64,000 bases of DNA, from the NCBI RefSeq assembly GCF_028641065.1, contig NC_073413.1, positions 10,044,001 to 10,108,000 on the forward strand, in the 5' to 3' direction. Source of the stretch: Leucoraja erinacea. Lineage: Eukaryota. The notes under the pieces were generated by a model, which had not been told where the DNA came from, searched no databases, and saw nothing but the letters and a program-made list of their open reading frames with translations. Position numbers and translations under genes: made by a program. Numbering within the stretch: position 1 is the stretch's first letter; each line of letters opens with the position of its first letter. This document shows, piece after piece, positions 52,255 to 61,200 of this stretch.

Positions 52255-55200
52255 TTAACCTGAACCTTAAATTGAAAATGAAACCATAGGTTTTTTGGAT
52301 GGAATCTTGTACGTTAACTTCTTTAAGCTATTTGAAAGAATAGCCAACATGGTAGGAATGTAACATTGGCATTTTAGAACTATTCACTGGATGGTCAGCC
52401 ATTTCCCCTCTTGATTGTAACTGAGCTGGGTTGATGGACCAAAGTGAAAGTGAACTCGTAAACATTAAATGTCTGGCGATTTCTAAATGTGTTCTTTTCA
52501 AGTGGCAGACACCTGCATTAGTGACCATGTCCCAAATGAATCTGTGAGAAATAGGCATGCAGATTATAGATATCCAGTTTTCAACTTGATTCTCTGCTAA
52601 ATTCTGCCCTTGACTGAGTAAGTCAAGTCACTTTTATTTCTATAGCACATTTAAAAAACAACTCTCGTTGGCCAAAGTGCTTTACATTGGTGGAGGTACT
52701 AACGTTATACAACAGTGGTTCATGGATTAAATATAAACATTACTACATACATATAGCCCTCGCTCGGAGGACGTCAATAAAGGCTTGGGAGTAGAGATGA
52801 GTTTTAGGTCTCGACTTAAATGAGTCGATGGAGGGGGCAGTTCCGATGGGAAGAGGGATGCTGTTCCATAGTCTAGGAGCTGCAACCGTAAAGGCGCGGT
52901 CGCCCCTGAGCTTATGCCTAGACCGCGGGATGCGCAGTAACCCCAAGTCGAACGATCTGAGGGACCTGGAGGTGGTGTGGTGGGTAAACAGACTTTTGAT
53001 GTAGGTGGGGACAAGCCCGTTAAGGGCTTTGTAGACATAAAGGAGGATCTTGATATTTATTCGGAACCACACGGAGCCAGTGGAGAGAGGCCAGGATCGG
53101 GGTGATGTGACACGTCTGAAGCTTTGAGCCAAGAGTGAGGGGGTGATAGTGGAAGGTGGGGTTATGATGTAACTATTTGCCCTCGTTGCCAGGTGTTGAT
53201 TAGTTTAGGTCTGGGTATATTATTTGCAAGAGTAGTTTAACACTTATTGTTTCCCCAGGTAGATTTTGAGCAGTATCTCCAGCCCAGTTTGAGTGCTCAC
53301 GACCAGCCAGAAGCAATGCAGTCTTCATTCCATAATGGTGTTAAGTCTAGTTGCCCCCAAGAAAGCTCGACAGGTGACATTGAGCTACCAGAGGAAGAAA
53401 CGCAATCTTCAGTGCAAGATGTGGAAATGACGAGTCCTGTGTGTGAGCAACCTTCGACTAGCACCCACACAACATCGCTGGGGGAGTTGCAATTGACCAG
53501 TCATTCAGGTACACTGAATTTTGTTCGTGCATGTAACACCTTGATTTTACTTCGGAGTCACGTGAGTGACTACGTGAAGAACCCACCCAGCGCGCAGGCG
53601 CGGCATTACGTCAGCAGTGCAACAGCGGCAGCAGCTCGAGCCAGGCTCTCCAGCTGCAGCATAAAGACGGGACCTCAGGTAAGTGTCTTTTTCGTTACAG
53701 AGTCGCGCTAGAGAGAATAATGGCCTCTCGCAAGCGACCAGCCAGGAGGACTGCCTGCCCTACTCCACCCGAGGACGGGTCCATAGCGGGACGGCAGCCT
53801 CTCGCAGCGGAGGAGCTTTTTCAACGCTCCCGCTCACCCGACACCGAGCCGCCCCCAGTGCTGCAGATCTCAACGCCCCGCACAGGGAGGAAGGCGACAC
53901 AGAAAACCGACTGGCCGGTGTCCTCCGATGATTCGGAGGAACGGGAACACTCTCCCCCACCGAAAAGGGGAGACGCTCGGATAAGCTGCATGAGGCAGCT
54001 CCTCGAGCGTATGATCAATGAGGAGATGCGGCATCTCCCAGGAGGACGGGCTTTGGCCTCCTCCTCTCCACACCCTTCTGTACCCTCTATATTCGAGGGC
54101 AGTAAGGGAGGCCAGGACTGGGCTGGCCTATCCCAAGGGCAGGCGGAGGATATCGTCAGCATGCCGGGCGTGCCGGAAGAAGAGCTACTGGGTGTAGTGG
54201 GCCGATATGCGGCACCACCAACAACTGGGATGGTGTTGCCACCCAGAATGGCGGCAACTATAAACTGGCTGTCCAACAACCCGCTGCAGGACAAGGCTGT
54301 CCAGCAGGCCCTTGACAACTACATCGCGCCCGAAAATTGCGAGGCGCTGAGGGTCAAGACGGTAAATGGGCAGATCTGGAACCAGCTGGGGCAGCACATA
54401 AGGGCTCAGGAGGTCAAAATGCAGCGAGTCCTGAAGCTCCACTCAGCAGCCGTCACCGCCTTTGCTCGGTCCGTTGGGGATGAAGACTTGACCATACCCC
54501 AGCAGGATGCCCTCGCACTGATGTGCAGCACCACGTATGAGCTAAACAACCTACGGCGGGACAACATCAGGCCTGCCCTCAACCCAACGTATGCCGGCCT
54601 CTGTAAAGCTCCAGCGCCCGAACGACAGGCGCTGCTATTTGGTGCGGATCTGGCCAAAAGGCTCAAGGAGTTGGAAGAGGCGGCAAAACCAGTAGGCCTC
54701 ATGAGGGCAGGGCCAGGACCGAGCAGGGCGAAGACACCCAGTTGGCCGCACGCCTCGGCAGCCACCAGCAGATACCGAGCTGGTGAAAGCCTGGTGACCG
54801 CCTCCCACTACCCCCAGTGCTCTTTTTTAGAGCGGGGCCCAGGGCGGAGCCGTGGGAAGATGCGCCGCCCCACCGCAGCACCAACACGGACAACCTTGGG
54901 CCAGACCCACCGGAAACGACCCCACAAGTGAACATGGAGGTAGGTGGGTCTGGTTCCTGTCAACATACACAGACAAAGGGTGTAGTATTAACAGGGGGAC
55001 GTTTGAGGTTCTTCAAGCATGTTTGGTGCTCCCTTACTAACAATCAGTTTATACTCAACAGTATTAGTGGATACAAAATTGAGTTCAAACCAGGCGTAGA
55101 ACCGCCAGTTCAGCACATGCCCCAAAGGGTGTTCCTTCCCTCGGCAGTTGAGAAGGTAGAAGGACAAGCTGAACTTGATCGGCTCGTGGCTAAAGGCATC

Positions 55201-58200
55201 ATAGAAATGACCACACACGAGCCGCAAGAATTTGTATCAAATATTTTTCTCAAAACCAAAAAAGATGGTGGATGTCGCATTATTATTGATCTGACATCAC
55301 TCAATCAGTCTGTTGAGTATCAACATTTCAAAATGGAGACATTTGTCACTGCCAGACAACTGATCTCCAAGGGATACTACATGGCAAGCATAGATATCAA
55401 AGATGCTTACTATTTGGTACCCATTCATAAAGATTACTTTAAATATCTGAAATTTATCTGGAGGGGCCAGCTATGGCAGTACCGAGCTTTGCCCAATGGT
55501 TTAACGACAGCTCCCAGACTATTTACGAAAATTCTTAAAGTGGCCATGAAGAAATTGAGAGAACTAAAACATTTAGTAGTGGCCTATCTGGACGATGTTC
55601 TCATATTAGGAAGAACACGGGAACAAGCTGTCGCAGGAGTGTTAGCCACTAAACAACTCCTTGAAACTTTGGGTTTTATCCTCCACCCAGATAAATCAAT
55701 ATTGGAGCCTACTACTAACATGGATTACGTAGGCTTCACTATTGACACGATTCACATGACTGTCACTCTGCCCAGAAACAAAACAGTTTCACTCATTGAA
55801 GCTTGTAGCCATTTAATTGCCACACCACAACCTAGAATACGGCATGTAGCCAGAGTTATTGGCTCTATAGTAGCAGCATTTCCGGCTGCCCAACATGGGC
55901 CCTTGCATTATCAAAATTTACAAAGAGCAAGGACTCATGCATTACGCCTTCATAGGGGGCATTATGATCGCAAAATGGATTTACCCGCTGAAGCCAAATC
56001 AGAACTTCAGTGGTGGGTTGACAATATTTGGCACAGTCACAGTCCTATCACCGTAACCAATCCTAACATAACCATTGCAACGGATGCCAGTGCTTTAGGC
56101 TGGGGAGCTACTAACTCCAAAGACAGCACAGGTGGCAGATGGACTAACTCAGAGGCATCGCTACTACAATCACTGGGCATTAACTTTTTGGAAATGCTCG
56201 CCGCCTTTTATGGGCTAAAAGCATATGCATCTGGTATGCGACACGTGCATGTTAGAATTATGATCGACAACACTACGGCAGTATCTTATATCCAGCACAT
56301 GGGTGGCATTAAATCAGTATCATGCGACAAATTAACTGCTATAATCTGGCAATGGTGTGTCGACAGACATATTTGGCTATCAGCTGCCTATTTACCAGGC
56401 AAACTAAATTTAGTGGCGGACACCAGGTCACGAAAATTCAACGACAACATCGAGTGGATGTTGGACCCAAAATTATTTGCTAAAATTATCAAACAATATG
56501 GTACGCCAGATATAGATTTGTTTGCGTCTAGGTTAAATCACCAACTACCCATGTATGTGGCTTGGGAACCAGACCCAGAGGCAGCAGCGGTAGATGCCTT
56601 CACGCTGGACTGGGGAAATTTCTTTTTCTATGCTTTCCCTCCCTTCTGCCTCATCAGTCGGGTACTCCAGAAAATTCAGGCAGACTCAGCCTCTGGCATT
56701 CTGGTCGTGCCCGACTGGCCTACCCAACCATGGTTCCCAATGTTCCACGACATGGTGGTAGAGACACCAATGGTCCTTCAACACCACCCCCAATTATTGA
56801 CTCACCCGGTAACTGGCATTAGCCATCCATGCCACCAAAAATTGAAACTCCTGGTTTCCAGATTTTGAACAGGCCTTACCGGGGATTGGGGTTATCAGAC
56901 AGAACAATCACCACCATGTCGGCATCCCTGCGAGTTTCCACCAAGAAACAGTACCTGACCTTCATCAGGAAATGGGAACAGTACTGTCTGGACGCAGGGA
57001 CATCCTACACGACGACTTCGATCTCGGATGTGCTGGAGTTCCTGGCCCACCTGCACCATGACCTCAAGATGAGCTACAGTGCCATCAATACGGCTTGGAG
57101 CGCACTGTCCGCATACCTCATGCCGATAGAACAGCATAGTGTGGGATCCCACCCTCTAGTCATCAGACTCCTTAAGGGGATCTTTAATACCAAACCCCCT
57201 ACACCTAGATACACTCACATGTGGGATGTGAGTGTAGTTCTTACACACCTTCGAGGTTGGCCTCCGGTGGAATCCCTGAGCCTGGAACAGGCCACTTACA
57301 AAACCCTCATGCTCATGGCGCTTGTCTCAGCACAGAGGGTCCATTCGCTCCATCAGCTTAATCTGAACTACATGGTGACCACCCCAGATACCATTACTTT
57401 CACCATGCCGGGGTTGGTAAAACAAAGTAGACCAGGTACATCAAACTCCCCGTTGATCTTCCGGGCTTACCCTCCAGAACCTAGGCTGTGTGTGGTGACC
57501 CACCTTCATCATTACCTAGACACAACCCAAACGCTAAGAGGGAGAGAGAAAGCCTTATGGGTTAGCCACAGAAAGCCTTTTGGACGGGTAACCAGCCAAA
57601 CATTATCCAGATGGTTGAAACAGGTCCTCAGCATGGCAGGGATTAACACAAATGTTTTTAAATCCCATTCAACCAGGGCAGCGTCCACCTCAGCGGCGGA
57701 TAGGATGCAGGTTCCCCTCGACCACATCCTCAGAGCAGCGGGATGGTCAAGGGAATCGACATTCCAACGATTTTACAACAAACCGCTGATGGAACAGGAC
57801 GTCTTTGCGGATACCTTTTTAAAAACCGCAAAGTTATGATTTAAAGCCCATGGGAGCTATTTTGTTTTTTGTTATAGTTAATAAATATTTCTTTTATAAC
57901 TAAACAAACTTGTTGGTCTCTAGCTACCACTTCCTCCCTCGATGATCTTTCGGCAGTGAGTGATATAACTGTTACACGGTTTGAAATCACAGACCTTTGA
58001 AGTCTTCACGTAGTCACTCACGTGACTCCGAAGTAAAATAGTAAGATTAAACGAGTACTTACCAGTACGAAGTTTGATCTGTATTTTATGAGGAGTTACG
58101 ATGAGGGATTACGTGCCCTCCGCTCCCACCCTCATTATATAGATCAAATTCGGACTAATGTCTCGTTGGTCTTCACTATCTTTACTTCAACTAGTGTCTA

Positions 58201-61200
58201 TCTGTGATTCCACACCGCTGCTTGGAAGTATGCCGCGCCTGCGCGCTGGGTGGGTTCTTCACGTAATCCCTCATCGTAACTCCTCATAAAATACAGATCA
58301 AACTTCGTACTGGTAAGTACTCGTTTAATCTTACTATTTAGGAGTTTGCTCCTTTTAGTTGAGCGATAAGGTGTAGAAACAGGTCCTTCAGTCGGAGAGT
58401 GCTTCCCAGCTGGGTCAAACAGTGCAGTGCTGGGACTGTTCCCAGTGCCAACCAAACCTCCAAAACATATTCCACAGCAGTGACATTACATGAATGTCAG
58501 ATGCAGCAAACCTTGTGGCAGGGGCACAGATTGCCACGCAATTCCATTTTAATTTGACCCAGAAATTGTCACCAATAATCACACTAAGTAAGTACATATT
58601 ATTTATATAGCATGTTTAAATCACTCGCGTTGAAATGAAAGTGCTTTACATAAAATAATTACGTATTCGTACATCCATAGAAAAATATTAAAAAACATTT
58701 AATCTGAAACCCCTGACTTGCACTCCAGACTAATGAGTGAACCTCAAATTTAAAAAAAGTCTGCACGTCGGAGACAATTGCATTCACCCGCGTTCCTTCC
58801 TCTAGCTTAACAATTTTCACCTCTTCTCGCATTTTGTCTCATTGTCTCTGGCCCTTGTTCAATAATCTACCTGTCAAACACCACCACCCCCCCCCCCCCC
58901 CACCACAACCTGTATCCATGTATCACCTGTCAAGCCCTGTCATGCCCCCTCCTCTCCTCCACCACAATCAGTCTGAAGAAGATTCTCTAGAGTTGCTGCC
59001 TGACCCGCTCAGATACTCCAATGCTTTGTCTTTTACTGAAAAATTCAGATGCTGAATTATTAGAGATTGACGGCACTCTGCCTGAACTCGCTGAAGTTTA
59101 GGGGGGGGGGGGGGGGCCTCATTGCGACTTATGGAATCGTGAAAGGCCTGGATAGAGCGGATGTGGGGAGGATGTTTCCACTAGTGGGAGAGTCTCGGAC
59201 CAGAGGCCATACATGGCCCTCCCTTTAATATAATTTTGGAATACTGGTTACACATCTCCGATTCCTGCTTTGATGAGCCACTAGATGGTGCTAAATGTAA
59301 CAGGCAGAAGCCTGCTACCTTTTATAATAGACAAAAGTGCTGGAGAAACTCAGCAGGTGCAGCAGCATCTATGGAGCGAAGGAAATGGGCAACGTTTCAG
59401 GTCGAGACCTTGAAGGGTTTTGGCCTGAAACATTGCCTATTTCCTTCGCTCCATAGATGCTGTTGCACCCGCTGAGTTTCTCCAGCACTTTTGTCTACCT
59501 TTGATTTTCCAGCATCTGCAGTTCTTTCTTAAACCTTTTAAAATAGTGTTGTTTGTCTAAAGTGGATTGAAACTATTTTAACTATCTGACACAGAGACTC
59601 AGAATACAAGGACATGCCTTTAGAAAGATGAGGAGGAATTTCTCTAGTCAGAGGGTGACAATAAACTGACCTTGAGACCTTGAATTAATTGCCACAGACT
59701 GTTGTGAAGGTCAAGTCAATGGATATTTTTATGACAGAGATTGACAGATTCTTGATTACTAAGGATGTCAGGAGTTATGGGGAGAAAGGGGTTGAGAGTG
59801 AAAAATAGATCAGCCAAGATTAAATGGCAGAGTAGACTCATTGGAAGGGACTACAGATGCTGGTGTAAACCGAATGGCAGAGTTGACTTGATGGGCTGCA
59901 TGGCCTAATTAATTCTGCACCGAGTACATGATTTATGACTATATATTGGGCATCTGGGGCCTCGACTTCAGGGGTGCCCTTCAACCAGAAGTGCTTTGTG
60001 CCAAGTGAATTGACCAAGATGATAAACAAAGAGATTCTCTCTCTGTCCCCTCCCTTTAATATAATTTTAGAATACACATCTCAGATTCCTGCTTTGACTA
60101 GCCACCAGATGTCACTAAATGTAACAGGCAGAAACCTGCTGCCTTTTAAAATAGACAAAAATGCTGGAGAAACTCAGCGGGTGAGACAGCATCTATGGAG
60201 CGAAAAATAGTGGGTGAGGCAGCATCTAAGGATCGAAAGTCACCAATTCCTTTGCTCCATAGATGCTGCCTCACCTGCTGAGTTTCTCTAGCATTCTTGT
60301 CTATCTTTGATTTTCTTTCCAGCATCTGCAGTTATTTCTTAAACCTTTTAAAATAGTATTGTGTGCCTAAAGTGGATTGAAACTATTTTAACTATCTGAC
60401 ACAAATTAGCTGGTGACTTGGGATTGAAATATTTTCTTTGCTGTTCAGATTGTTCTGATTTGCATTTGCTTCCTCCCCCAGGTCTGCTGACTCTCAATTC
60501 CCCTCCCACCACACTTGTTCAAACTACTCCTTGTTCAAATTCTATGGGTGATGTGTTGGCTAAAGCAACTGCTGTCCATAAAATGGTAAGGAAAGAACAG
60601 CTTCCATAATTACTAATTCTATATTCTTTTCTTGTTGTATGACTGCAGAAACCAAATTTCGTTTGAACTTCAAATTACAATAAATGGGTATTGTATTGTA
60701 AATGTGTATTTGTATTGTATATGCAATTGTCTCTGTTCGTATCCTAGATGTTCAGCAGGCAACTTGATTTTCAGGCCTCTCCCCTATCCAGTTTGGAATT
60801 ATCCAGTCCATTGTTGTTTATTATTATTATTTTCAGCTGTATTTGTGAAGCTGTGGTTATAACAAGTTGTGACTTTCCAGGGTTATGAAACCAAGATGGC
60901 CTGATGGAGATGAGATACAAAATGCCCGTAACGTAACCAAATTATGCAACGGGCTCAAGGATCAAGTGCTATTCGTATTTCTACTCCGTCCTGAACAACC
61001 CACTTTGTAAACCAATGCCAGAGGAACTCAGCGGGTCAGGCAGCATCTGGGGAGGAAATGGACAGGTGATGTTTTGGGGTTGGGATCTAATGGAGGATCC
61101 CAGCCTGAGACATTACATGTTCATACCTTCCCTGACTATTGCCTGACCTCCTGTGTTTCTCCAGCACTTTGCACTGTTTGAGATTGCAGCATCTGCATTC

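Larger units (their letters stand above)
53544..58339 (+). mobile_element. DIRS1-like tyrosine-recombinase retrotransposon, full length
   Basis: Three open ORFs (gag, RT/RH/MT, YR); ITR core 53571-53606 is the reverse complement of 58230-58265; ICR 58003-58115 is complementary to both termini; both junctions carry ATTT. Confidence 0.95.

Noticed and set aside
53821-54765. Antisense ORFs within DIRS gag
   Set aside because: Expected shadows of a GC-rich coding strand; no motifs recognised.
53720-57839. Prophage, retron or bacterial contamination (integrase + RT + methylase)
   Set aside because: The ITR/ICR architecture and ORF order are diagnostic of DIRS, and it is cleanly embedded in a vertebrate intron.
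58359-58590. DLGAP5 exon right after the DIRS element
   Set aside because: The acceptor-like sites lead to stops in the required phase, and exon 15 joins 60482 in phase.
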